Assembly (NCBI RefSeq): GCF_006345805.1
Contig: NC_043000.1
Coordinates: 97,898,001-97,962,000 of the forward strand
DNA from: Octopus sinensis
Lineage: Eukaryota
Direction: 5' to 3'
Length of the DNA stretch: 64,000 nucleotides
Below the pieces are notes generated by a model. That model did no database searches. It was given only the letters and a program-made list of their open reading frames with translations, and was not told the DNA's origin. Within the stretch, counting starts at the first letter, position 1. Each line of letters opens with the position of its first letter. A program made the translations under genes and the position numbers. Shown piece after piece: positions 38,601-51,400 of the stretch.

Positions 38601-39263
38601 ATCCAGGTCATATTGCCAAGAATACAATTGTCCATCAGTAATGGTGTAATGTGCCTTGATCAAGTAGGTCTACCTCATATCTATTATACTGCTCTTATAT
38701 TACTTTTACACCCACCTTATTTTCACATATTCATTTTCTCTCTTATTTTTAAAAATTACTTCAGCCCTTTGCTCCCTTTGGAGCATAGGTCATTGGGGAC
38801 TTTTTCACTGTTCTTGATTCTAGGCTGTTCTTCTGGGAAGATGTGGTCTATATTAGTCTGGCGTCTATCCTCTGGAGGCTTGTGCTCTGTCAGTATAGCT
38901 CTCACAGTCATTGAAGCATACAAACCCTAACACCACAACAAGATTCACCTTATGGTGAATTCTCTTTTACTGGTTTCAGTTATTGGTCTGTGGCAATGCT
39001 GTGACACCAGTACTTGAAGGTACAAGTCAATCACATCAGTTCTAGTACTCTCTTCTTCATGTCTACTTCATAATTTTCACCATCCTTCTGTCTGCTTTGT
39101 CAAAGTTGCTTACCTGCTAAACAAGACACCAAATTCTTCCAGCATATATCAGTTGTTGTACCAGTGGTAACTTATGCTTGCTAGATTTGGAAAAGTCCAA
39201 CAGAATCTAGAGTACTGCAGTTGTTTTCTGTAGCTGTTGCTTTAGAACCACCTTTAAAATCTC

Positions 39264-39595
39264 TTGATGCAACCACATTACAATGAAGAAATCGGGGAAA
39301 GAATTAGACTGTGTAACCTACTCAATACCATCACAGTTAAACAGATGAAGATGTTGGGTCATGTGCTACTCATGCCCATGAAGAAACCAGACAGTGCCTC
39401 TCTCTTGTGGAACTTAGAGAGGTGGGAGTGTACAGGGCAAGGCAAACTTGCCAAGACATGTTTGTGGATTGTGGAGCACGGCCTAGTAGATATGAACTTG
39501 GTATAAGAGAGGGCTTGTGTCAAGACATGCATCTGTTCTGATTGGAGATCTTTAATCACTCGATCCATTGGGAGCAGAAGGAACTAAACTAAGTT
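39264..39595 (+). mobile_element. RTE-clade LINE 3' remnant
   Basis: The translation MLGHVLLMP...SLLWN...GQGKLAKTCLWIVEHGLVDMNL resembles the RTE C-terminus (WxGHVxRM...GRPxKTW). Confidence 0.65.
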
Positions 39596-39896
39596 TCAGG
39601 TCAGCTTTATGATGGAAGTTATTCCAGCACAACTATCTTATCTTTATTTTTCCAAAGTGTATTCACATCTACATTATCTAAAGTTTCAGTCCTTCTTTTA
39701 AGATAGCAGGGTGTAATCTAAAGCAAAATTGTCTGCTACTTCTAGCGTTTCATTATTGAATGTGGAGGAGGAATGTACAATTGATTGGATTACTTTCAAC
39801 GTGTGACTAACTATATATATATATAGATTTGTCAGGATTTGAACTTAAAACATAACACAGAACAGGTTTAAATACTCTCGGACCTTTAGTCTAGTG

Positions 39897-40155
39897 CAGT
39901 ATTTTCAACTGGGGTTCAACTGGCCTTGGTGGGGGTCCATATACGATTTTGTCATTAAAATTAATGTGCAATAAATTAGTTATACTTCTACAATGCACAA
40001 ATTATTAAAAAATTTTTATACAATTCCTTATAATATTTAATTGTAAATATATTATAGGATTTTTTAAACATCGAATGACCAGGAAGGTCAATCCAAATAA
40101 ATAGGAATCAAAGGGGTCCATAAGTAAAAAAAAAAAAAATGGTTGAGAGTCACTG
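39897..40155. mobile_element. hAT (Charlie-like) MITE
   Basis: Perfect 8-bp TSD GTCTAGTG (39889-39896 and 40156-40163); TIRs CAGTATTTTCAAC / GTTGAGAGTCACTG. Confidence 0.85.
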
Positions 40156-41011
40156 GTCTAGTGGTTGTTCTACCATTTCATCTACTCCACCACATGAATG
40201 ACTACAAGCAGATCTCTCTCACTTGCTCTCTCTCATCTGTTTTGTATCTTTCTTATATATTTGTTCTTTCTCCTCTCATTCATTACTCTCTCTTAGTTCC
40301 TTTCCTCTCATCTATATCTCTCACATTCTCTCCTTTATCTCATCTTTCTGACACACACCACACACATTATCTCTCACTTTCATGCACACACACATCATTT
40401 CTCACTCTGTCATGCACATACAAACACATACCCCATCGTTTCTCTCTCTCTCTCTCTCTCTCCCTCTCGCATATCAGTCTCTACTCTTTCATCTATCTCA
40501 CTCTCATATCTTTCTTCTGTCACCAACATTCCTCTCTCTCTCTCTTTTCTCCTTCCCTCCCTAAGCTTGATTCCAGATCAGATAGATCAAGAGTTCAATA
40601 TTGAATTTATATATAAAGATAATGTAAAGTAATTAAATCAGACCCAATATATTCTGTATATATTGACTTGCTACTAATATTGGATATTTGATTTTCTAAC
40701 AAATGATAAATACATCCCCTCACAGATAATTGTTGAACCAATGTTAATTAAGCACAGCGTTAGTACTAATAAAGTTAAGGGTGGTGGTGGCTGTTGCTGT
40801 GAGGGGAAGAAGTTGAATGGCACAGAAAATAGACTGACAAGAGTTCAAATTTTGTCCTGAGATTGAGTTGATATTCATTTCTCAAGGGGTAAGATTATAG
40901 AGTACAAAAAGTAATAACTACAGTTTACTGGGGTTAAGAGAGTCAGTTTATACTTCCTTACAACAATTTATTTAAAAGAATTTAATGTTCTACTTTTTAA
41001 AAATAAATTTT

Positions 41012-41335
41012 AGGCATGGCTGACTTTGGGATCAGTCCCTTGTGGAGCACATTGGGCAAGTGTCTTCTGCTTAGCCCTGGGCCAACCAATGCCTTGTGAG
41101 TGAATCTGGTAAATGGAAGCTGTGTGGAAGTGAAGTCCATCACATGTGTGTGTGTTTCTGTGAATCCCTCCACACCTGCTTGACAAGTGGTGTGGGTTTG
41201 TTTATGGTCTTGTAATTTACCAATTCAGAAATTGATAAAATAAGTACTTAGGTTGATTTATTTGATTAAACCCATCTTGGTGTTGCTCCAGAATGGCTGC
41301 AGTCCAATAACTGAAAAAGTAAAAGATAAAAAATA
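41012..41335 (+). mobile_element. Family-B SINE, decayed and near full length
   Basis: GGCATGGCTG...TGGGCAAGTGTCTTC...GCCTTGTGAGTGAATCTGG...AGTAAAAGATAAAA. Confidence 0.75.
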
Positions 41336-41925
41336 AAAATTAGCTTACAGTACTCTGAGTTGGGAGAAAGTAGAAGGGCTTATGACATTTGCAGACCCTT
41401 TGCAGCTGATGTTCAATTTAAGTTGATATCCACAGGGAAAATATGAGAAGAAAATTCAGTAAGGTTGATTCTGGGATTTGGTATATTGACCCGTGTTGAG
41501 GACCAGGGTGCTATGAGCAACAAGTATAGTTAAGTCAGTTGTTATTGTTTAGTTCCATGACAGCCAAGGTTGAGCAAACTTATCATCAAAAACATTCTCA
41601 CCACAATCATCTTGTCTTTTCACTATCTGAAGGAAAATTAGGACCACATCCAATGTGTCTTTTTTTTATATGGTTGAGTATGATTTGAGAGAGATTTTTG
41701 CTGCTTTTTCTAACTGATCATGGGCACCAACAAAAGCCTGCCTTGTTGACTCAAATCAGATGGTTCTGAGCTAGTTAGTTCTGGAATAGAACTTGCTAAT
41801 GCTGAGAAGTAAAAACCTTTGTAGTAGCTGTTTAGAACAAGCAGTGAAGAGGCAGTACATCAGTGAATCAGAAGCTGAAGAGTTGGTACATGGGTTTTAG
41901 TCAATCAGTCATATTGCCTTCTTTT

Positions 41926-42021
41926 TGATATAGTCTAGCTGCTAGACTATATCACTGATATGGTTACGCAGAAAACACATGCTAGACTCTAGCATGTGTT
42001 TTCTGCGTAACCATATCAGTG
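41926..42021. repeat. Two adjacent perfect inverted repeats (14-bp and 34-bp arms, each with a 1-nt spacer)
   Basis: TGATATAGTCTAGC-T-GCTAGACTATATCA (41926-41954) and CACTGATATGGTTACGCAGAAAACACATGCTAGA-C-TCTAGCATGTGTTTTCTGCGTAACCATATCAGTG (41953-42021). Confidence 0.97.
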
Positions 42022-42400
42022 TCTCAGTTATGTTAGAAGTATTTCTTCATGGAGATTCAGTAGCTGATCAGAGCTAGTCCTGAAGTGGCAGGTTAGTATT
42101 TAAGATGCAGTTATATATCATTGTATCAACCAGACTGTCTGATGTTGTTGTACACCACTGGTCATAATGCACTTCTTGAATTGCTGTAGCTTTTGAATGA
42201 CACCATTCCACTGCTTTGGTGGGCTAACCAACTCTCCCACTGAATGAAATGATGCCTGTCACAGGGTCAGCTATTTACAGTTGAGTGGACTGAAGCAATA
42301 TGAAATGAAGTGTTTTGCTCAAAAATACAATCCACTGTCTGTCTTTGAATCAAAGCCATGATCTTGCTATAGTGAGTGCAACACTCTAACCACTTAGCTA

Positions 42401-42431
<31 letters not shown>

Positions 42432-42819
42432 GTACAATAATAGGTTATCACAGAAATTAATGATATACATACAGAAACGTATATATTTTACATAACTCCA
42501 ATGTTGAAAATGCTGAAATCAGTAACTGTTGCGAAAGGATTCCAACCACCCCCAAATGACCAAAGGTAGACTGATTCATTGTTGTAAAACAAAGAACTGC
42601 CAGCAATTGGCAGTTCATGTTGGTTGCAGTTCGCTGTGTGCTTTTGAAATAGAGCATTGAGTCCTGTGTAATAGTAATAGTAGTGCATCATGTATATACT
42701 CCCCCCCCCCCAGCTTCGTTATATATCAAATACGAGGATATAAAGTGGCGACATGTTCAAAGCCTGTGTTTGATGTTTAAAATTGGGCAGGATGGGGGGA
42801 ACCAAATAAAATCATTTAA

Positions 42820-45076
42820 CATGGAGAACTTATTGGCCTCCGTGCTGCAATTTTGCAACAGCAAAACCAACAATAACTGGAATTAATGTTGAAGGAGTCT
42901 GAAAATACTTCAGGTTCTTACTTGCCAGACAGCATAGCAAACTCAACTGGAGAATTCAAATACAACCCAGAAGAAATCTGGGTTACAGAAAAAAATCATG
43001 TAAATGGATTATCGGTGACAAAAAATACAAATGAGCCTCAAAGAAAATATGTGTATGTAAAAATTAATAACACAAACGTAAAATTACAATTGGACACAGG
43101 CAGTGACATCTCAATAATTAACACAGATACATGGGAAAAGATTAGGAGACCTAAATTAAATAAAACCTTGAAAATTGTCTGGTGTTTCAGGAAAAAAATT
43201 GTATTTTAATGGCAAATTGGTAAGTAATATATTTCATGAGGACATCTGTGTGAAAAAGTGTCACACTCTAGCAGTAGAGGGAACTTGTGGAAGAGGTAGA
43301 CCCAGGAAGACAGTGACCTTACAACATTTTAAGATTGGCAACTTACTACCAAAATTATATTCCAAACATTGATAAGGTGAGGGTTCCACTGAATAATCTG
43401 CTGAAAAAAGATATGAAATGGAATTAGTCAGAAAATTGCCAAAAGGCAATTTAATTAAGTATTAATATCTGATTTGTCATTAGCTCACTTCAATCCTGCA
43501 GCAGTGATTGTTGTAGCTTCAGATGCTTCTGAGTATGGTATAGGAGCAGTAATGCTACATAAATGTAAAGATGATAACATGAAGATGGTGGTTCATGCCT
43601 CATGTTCTCTGATATCAGCAGAGAAAAATTATAGTCAAATCAAAAAGAAGCACTAGTGATCATTTTTATCATGAAAAATTTCACAGATTTTTGCATGCTA
43701 GAAGTTTTCATCTACAGACTGATCACCGTCCATTATTATCAATATTTGGGTTGAAAAAGGAATTCTTACCCATACTGCTAATAGATTACAATGCTGGGGT
43801 ACGGATATTATTAAATTATGATTTCAAGATGGAGTATATACCATCCAAGAAACTAGGTCATGCGGATTGTCTATCAAGACTGATTTCGAAAAATGAAAAT
43901 ACCATGATGGCCGCTTTGCAAGTGGAAAATAAAATTAAAATGTTTTGTGTAATGTCATTTGTGAACTGCCAGTTACTTTACAAGGCATAAAATTGAAATC
44001 TGTAAGCAATAAATTTATCATAAAAATGAAAGAAGTACTGAAGGCTAGAAGGGATAAAAATATGCACAACACAAATGCGAACCATTTCTCACTGTGTTGA
44101 TGTGTGCACAAAGAGTCCTAGTGCTAGCCACACTACAAAAGCAATTGTTAAAGGAATTTCATATGGATCATCCAGGGATTTCGAGAATGAAATCATTAAT
44201 GAGAAGTTACTCATATTGGCAAACAGTGGACTGTGACATTGAATATATTGTATATTGGCCAACAATGGGCTGCGAAATCATGCAGAGGGTGTGCTTTAGC
44301 TGCAAAATCACCTACCACTAAATCACAACCATGGCCAAAAAGTGGTCAGAAGTGCATAAACGTAAAAAGCCTACATCTGTGGTTACAATAAGCTTTTTAC
44401 ACAAATTGTTCACCAGGTATAGTATTCCAGATACCATTGTATCTGATAATGAAACTCAATTTACATCAAACAAGTTCAGAAAATTTTGCAAAATGTTTGT
44501 TATTGAACATGTCACCATTCTGTCCTAGGTTTTGTTGACAATTTGAAGAGGGTGTTAAAAAAGGCAAACAATGAAGTTATGGACGATTTTGCACTTCAAC
44601 AATTTCTAAGATTGTACCGAGTAACACCAAATCCAAATACACCTTGAGGAATGTCACCTGCAAAGTTGATGTTTGCTAGAAAAGTCAGATCTCTATTTGA
44701 TAAGCTGATACTGAGTGAAAATAATAAAAAAGGCGAACAACAAAATTACTTCAAATTCTTTAAGTTAGGTGACAAAGTTTTTTTTTTTTAATCTCTAGAT
44801 ATAGTAAAGAAAGCTGGGAGGTTGGTGTAATAATTAAACGAATTGGAAGAATGATATTCCTGGTAAAAGGGGAAAATGTCGAATACAAAAGAGATTAACC
44901 AGCTAAAGAAAAGATTCACAGAAAAAGCAGTCATGAGAAATGAAATCCCTTTGGAAGTATTGTACGTCATGTTTGAGGTACCAACACCCAAACAATTTGA
45001 AACTGCATGTTCTAGCACCAGAAAATGGAAAAGAACAGAAACACTGGAATTGAACTCTAAACATAAGAGAGATTAA
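42820..45076 (+). pseudogene. Frameshifted gag-pol remnants: gag N-terminus, aspartic protease, RNase H, integrase; no RT core found
   Basis: LQLDTGSDISII (protease); ASDASEYGIGAV...EKNYSQI and LQTDHRPLL (RNase H); HMDHPGISRMKSLMRSY (integrase zinc-binding region); PDTIVSDNETQFTS (integrase core). The order PR-RH-IN is Gypsy type. Confidence 0.9.
43236..43311 (+). mobile_element. RTE-like LINE fragment inside the Gypsy element
   Basis: Encodes EDICVKKCHTLAVEGTCGRGRPRKT, matching the RTE C-terminal VEG..GRGRP.KT motif. Confidence 0.75.
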
Positions 45077-47883
45077 AACTCAGAGCAGAGTTCAATTCTC
45101 AAAAGAGAAGATAGGGGAGATGTTGTGGAAGGATTCTGACCACCCCCAAGTGACTAAAGGTGAACTGACTCATTGTTATGAAACAAAAACTGTCAGCAAT
45201 TGGCAGTTTGTGTTGGTAGTAGTTCACCATGTGCCTTTGATATAGAGTGTTGAGTCTCGTGTAATAGTAATAATAGTGTTTCATGTATATACTTTCTTCC
45301 CTTCTGCTTCATTATATTATATGTCAAATACAAGGATATAAAAGTAACTTTCTACTTTTTTAAGCAGAACAGAATCTGCTTGCAATATCTCCACTGTAGG
45401 CTGGTGGGGAAACCCAAATAGCATACTGCTATAGCCTGCAGGAGTTCTATGAAACTAAAGATTATTTTGTTAGCTTGTAGTGATTAGTTGTAGATCCTAC
45501 CATGAACCAAACCTGTGAATAAGTAAATTAGTGTTCTGTTCAAGCAATGGGATATAAAAAACTTTCAACTGTTTAACATCTTGAAAGTAAGTTCCAATGA
45601 ATTACATTAAGTCGTTGTTGTTGTTGTTAAGCTGCAAATCAACCTTGATTGAGCAGATGTCTGGCATATACATAATTGAACCAGATTCACTTTGAGTAAA
45701 AAGTGGTGGCTTTTAACAAAACACCAGCTAAGCTTGGTGCAATGGGGTAAGGATATGTACTTTCCTTTTACTCATGATATTAAATAGAGAAGAAATGAAT
45801 ATACACTTTAATGATTTGGTACTTACTCCTAACAGTGAAGTAGTGCATATGGAATTAAGTGAACTGCCCAAATATGCAGCAAAATACTTGCAAACAATAG
45901 CCTCTTTCTTCAATTAAATCAAAATTAATTAGAAATTTATACTTCACTCCATCCTCCAGATCCTCTGCCTGTATCATCTCTTGCTTCTTGAGACTTTTGC
46001 TCTGGTACACCCATTACTATCATCTTATCTTTTTCCCAGATATTCCCATCTGCTTTTATATAATGTGGGGTAGAGATATTCTCTATAGCAAGATACTTCT
46101 GCTTATCCCTGGTATAAAGCCACTCCCCTCTTCCCCACTTGCTGAAAGAGTTTTTTCTGTTTTTCCCTTTTCTTGTTCTTTCCTGTCTTGCACATTACTT
46201 GGTAACCTTACTAGTGATCATGTAAGAAGCATCCAGTACACACTACTGTACAGAGGTTAGTGTTAGGAGGGGCAGCCAAAACTAACTTAGAGCATGGTGT
46301 TGTCCTGTGGCTCATCAAACCGTCCACCCCATGACAGCATGGAAAATGGACATTAAATGATGATGATGATGATGATTCTACTGTTTCAACTGAGTTAATA
46401 TCCTGATAGTAGTTTTAAAAATTTCTTTAAAATAATAACTAATAATTCACAACTTAAAATGGAAAGATTTGCACATAATTTGGGAGACAGAGTTAAAAGA
46501 CTTCTTTTTAAGAGTTGAAAAGGACAAGAAAGAGAGAGGGGTCATTTTGACTGAGCTAAAGCATTTTCAAAATATGAGCTGACTGTTTGTTAAGAAAGCT
46601 CTTTCATGCTTGCTCCTGCAGAACTTCGTGCCTGACCTTTTGAAAAGAAAGTATAAATAAGTTGACTGTATAAAATTGTTTTAGATCCACCTTTATTTGT
46701 ATGAACATTTTAATTACCATGAAGTTTATTCCTCCCCCTACCCCCACTCTACCAGTATTAGTATTTTCCATTGGAGAGAGAGAGAGATTCTTCTGCAATG
46801 AAGATCAAAAGTATCGTGTTAGAGTGCTAGTTGAATCTGTCATTGTGTTTGTTTTGTTGTTGCTTTCATTTATATTTTGATTTACGCTTTGCCTTGTAGT
46901 TAATTTATTCACTATGATCGCTATGTATGTATATGTGTCTGTACATGTGTATGCGTGTTTATATATGTCCATTCATTCTGTTTATTTTTCATGTTTATGT
47001 GTGTGTATGTGCATGTGTATAACACACGCACACAGTCATATTTGTTTGATGCACAGAACACTTAAAGAGAGTGAGCGTGGGGGGGAAATACTTCAAAAAA
47101 CATAAGATTTAGCTTTTACATATCATTGACTCAATAAAACGGATGCCTGAACATGTGGAAAATGGTAAAATAGACATTAAATACTTTGTTATGGTGATAG
47201 GATATATTTAACTGCTTGTACTTGGCCTATAATGTATTTTTATCTTCTTGACTACATTTGCAAGTATAATTATAATAATTTGAAAGAATGCTATGAGCTT
47301 GACTGTGTGTGTGTGTGGGTACAGGCATGTTTGAATGAATGGTGAAACAGTTTGCTTTGCAATCATAGCTTGCAAGTTCTATGAAATTGTGTTGTCACTC
47401 TGGACAAGCTTTTTCTGCTTTAGTTTCAAGTAGACTCGAGTTTTGAAAGTGAAATTGGTTAGACAGAAAATGTGTAGAAGCTTATTGTATGGACTGTGCC
47501 TGTTACTCAAAAGGCCTGTTTTGTCCCAAAAATTGTCAAGTTAAGCCTGTCTGAGAATTATATCTAAAAGATGTCTATGGAATACTTAGCCACTGATAAA
47601 ATAATTCTTTCTAATTTTGAGGGGAGGGAGAATTTGATTACATTGACCCCAGTTCTTGACTGGTGCTTATTTTATCAACCCTGAAAGGAAGAAATGAAAA
47701 ATCAATCTCTAGCATTTGAACTCAGAATGTAAAGTGTCAGAGAAAGTGCTAATGATTTTGTCAGCTTGCCTCCTTTTCCTCTTACACAATACAATGCGAC
47801 AATAGTTACTTTAATGCAGGGATTAGAGAGGCCATTCACTCAATGTAGGACTCAATACATTTGCCTGTAGAGTAGAATATTTA

Positions 47884-48089
47884 TTAATCCTTTACCATTC
47901 AAATGTAAGGCTTATTTATCCACATTGTTAATCAAATTATCTTATAACTCCAAGATTTGGATGATGTGAGTGTTTATTTTTAGAATGACATAGTAGGGTA
48001 GGTATGAGAGGCCAGAACTGGCCAATTTGAACATAAAGCAGGTAGAATATTTTGGCCAGATATGCCCAGTTTAAATGCTAAAGGGTTAA
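47884..48089. mobile_element. piggyBac-like MITE, decayed
   Basis: TTAATCCTTTACCATT ... AATGCTAAAGGGTTAA, with TTAA at both ends. Confidence 0.7.
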
Positions 48090-48377
48090 ATACAGGGTAT
48101 CTGATAATTGTAAAAAGTTCGACCATGGTTTAGTAGTAGCCATGATAGGGTCAAAATCCTTGTAACATGCATTTGAGAGCTCTAATATTACACCTGATGA
48201 AGCACTCACACATGTCTGTTGCTGAAAAATGTTCAACTATAATTATAAAGAATGATCTTCTATAATGGTATATATGATTATAAACTCAACAACTTAAAGC
48301 TGGCGTGCAGTGCAGATACAAATGTTGTGTTATACTTTTAAAGCCCGAAATCCTTCATCCTCATGTAATATTATTCT

Positions 48378-48414
<37 letters not shown>

Positions 48415-51400
48415 TCTGTTGAATATTTTGTTGTTAAGCCAGATAGAACAAATCTTTGATCTAAGTCATTCCAGCTTTAATAATTCTATCTGTTATTTTG
48501 TATCTTTTTTAAAGATAACAGAATGTTATGTTTTTAGTGTTGATACTGTCTTTAAAAAGTTGGATGACTACAATAAGGACTCCATTGTTGTTAATTTGTA
48601 AATTGGTTGTTTTATTATTATTATCATTTTGTTGTTGTTTTCATTGTCATTGGTGGCAGTGATGCCACCACCACCTCCATTGCCATCGTCTACTTATGTC
48701 TTGTGCCTCACAACAGCACTTCATTGGCTCTTTCTTTAAATGATGGTGCAGCAAGTGTTAAATTCAAATAACAAATCATTGGGAATAAATAAATGATAGT
48801 ATGTATGTTCTTGAATACAAGAAGTAAGCTTGTTGGCAATCTCAGTAATTGAAGGATTTCTTTCATTTTGTTATGCCAGCTGCATGTTTACTAACACCAC
48901 AAAGGTAACAGTTCTATCTTAAGGTGTCAATCCTTAGCAAGATAGCTGATGAGCTAAATTTTCATTTGTTCTGTTTCTGGTAAGTAATTTTGTTCATTCT
49001 TTACATTCATGATTGCCATCACACAGCCAAATTTTCTCACACATTGGGTTTCATATATATGTGTGTGTGTGTGTGTGTATAAGAATGCTCATATGCATTA
49101 TATATTGGTGTGTATAGGTATGTATATGATTATATATATTTGTGCATCTATATATACTCTTGTTTGTATATAGAGGCATATTTAGATGTAGATATGTACA
49201 TGTGCATACACAACCATATGATGAATGAGCTTCAACATGATTTTATTCTACTAAATTTCACTCAGTTGGTTTGGTTGACTCAAGGCTTTAATAGATTTTT
49301 AACTAAGAAGCCACATAGAAAGATTGAACCTTGAACCACTTAGTTTCAAACCAAACTTATTAACCACACAATCATACTTGCGCCCATGTTATATATTGGA
49401 CTGGTTCTAGCCTGTGTTTCTGTTTTACATGTAGAATGAAGAGAAACATGATTGATTGCATATCTTCATGAATATTTGAAAAGCCTAATATTTTACAGCA
49501 AATTGTGAAGAGTTGCCTGTCAATAGATCTCACACTAAGTCTCTCTGGCTTTTATCATATTGTCAGCTCCTGTTAGACAACTATCAGCCACTGTAAATAG
49601 TGTCTGTGCGCATAGCTAACTGCACTGCACAACAATAAAGAAGTCTATATATAGTTACTCAACTTGCTAAAAATAACCAATAAATCTTCTTCTGACCATA
49701 TGCTACCATCTGTGTTACATATTGCAGTTCTTTGTAGATATGCTGCATAATCCCAATTAGAATGTTTTCAATCAAGCCTGGCCTGGAGCTAAAGAACATC
49801 AACAAGCCAATGAAAGAGCGTCTGTGTGGTCATTCATCCTATGAGAAAAAACAGCCAAATCTCTCTGAGGTCACATCTTCAACATTGTCATCCTTTACTG
49901 TCCGTTTTCCATGCTGATATGGATTGGATGTTTTGACTAGAGCTGGCAAGCAGGAAAGCTACGCTAGGTTCCAGTTTGATTTGGCTTAGTTTCTATGGTT
50001 AGATGCCCTTTCTGACACCAACCACTTTACAGAGTGTGCTGGGTGCTTTTTATGTGACACTGGCACTGGTGCTTTTTATATGGTGCCAGCACATAGCTCT
50101 TGCAGACCAATCCTCTTTAGCAGTGGGAGCAGGATTAACACTTCTGTGGTGGAGGATGATCTTCTTGAGTACAGCAAGGTACCAGATATCTTGGTCTATG
50201 GTTCAGCATCCTGAAATAGTTCTTCAATACTTCATCCCATATCTTCCTAGTTTTCCCTCTTCTGTGAGCTCCATCCACTTTGAGTGATCAACACTTTTTT
50301 TATGGAGCTTATCCTCTTAAAAAAGAACAGAAAACATTAATTCAGTGGTCCTCAGTCTTTTTGACTTTTCCTGGAGATTAAATTCTATATTTATTCGCCA
50401 CACTTCATATGGAAAGCTTAACAAAGTTATATCTTAAAGTTGAAGATTTATAAAAAATATTGAAAGCTAATACTTTGTTCAGAAACTCCCTCCTCCCACT
50501 TAGTTGAAGTGGGATTTTTCTCTTTTGTCCTGTTTCTTGTTCTTTCCTGACTTACAAGTTACTTGACAACCTCATTAGTGCTGTGGAATGAAAAAAGCAC
50601 CCAGCCCACACGGTAAAGTGGTTGGCATTAAAAAGGGCATCCAAGCATAGAAACTATGCCAAAGCTGACATGGTGCACAGTGCAGCGTTGCAGCTCACTG
50701 TATCCTGTCAAACCGTCCAACCCATGCCAGCATGTAAAACAGACATTAAATGACGATGACTTGCTTACATTAAAATAATGAATAATGTGATGAACAAGAT
50801 ACTTAAGCATTAGTATACATTTTTCTACAGCCTGAATTTATATTCTTGAAAAAAAAAAAAAAAACTATGTTAATAACTAGATATCCTTTGCAGTGCTCTG
50901 TTTGCGGACCACTACATTTGCAAGTGAAAGTGAAATTTTATATACACTGTGCAGCAGAGCTGGAAGGAAAACTCCTTGATTTTCATAACTGAGACATCAC
51001 TGATTGCATGTCTGTTCAATCACGGACTAGTCCAGGTGTAATCTCCTCCAACACCACCATCACCTTCACCACTGCAACAACAGTAACATTCTTCTCTAAA
51101 TAGTGTCCAGTTTACTCACTCATACATGTCATAAATGTAAAGAATGTGAGCTTTAAGGCTAAATGGCTTTATAAAAAAAAATGTGTGAAAGTAAAAGAGA
51201 AAATAGTTAAACAATAAATAGGACAGACAACAAAATCTTGTGCAGTTTTGAAGGTTTAGTTAATTTTTAGTGATCATCTAACTCTTTGTCTCCATTTGTT
51301 TTGCATGTGAATAATAAATCTGCTTCAGTTTTTCTTTTTCTTTTTGTCTTGCCTTCTTATATCTGTCATTTCCTACTCAGTGTTAGATGTGTCTGCCCTG

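Larger units (their letters stand above)
42527..45343 (+). mobile_element. Internally deleted, decayed Ty3/Gypsy (Mag-like) LTR retrotransposon
   Basis: 5' LTR 42527-42744 and 3' LTR 45121-45343, both starting TGTTG. 5-bp TSD GTAAC (42522-42526, 45344-45348), PBS TGGCGAC (42746-42752), PPT AAAAGAGAAGATAGGGGAGA (45101-45120). Confidence 0.95.

Noticed and set aside
40143-40604. 153-aa ORF
   Set aside because: CT/CA low-complexity sequence that lacks stops for compositional reasons.
42457-42691. Similar minus-strand ORFs at 42457-42691 and 45099-45284 suggesting a duplicated small gene
   Set aside because: They are the two LTRs read antisense.
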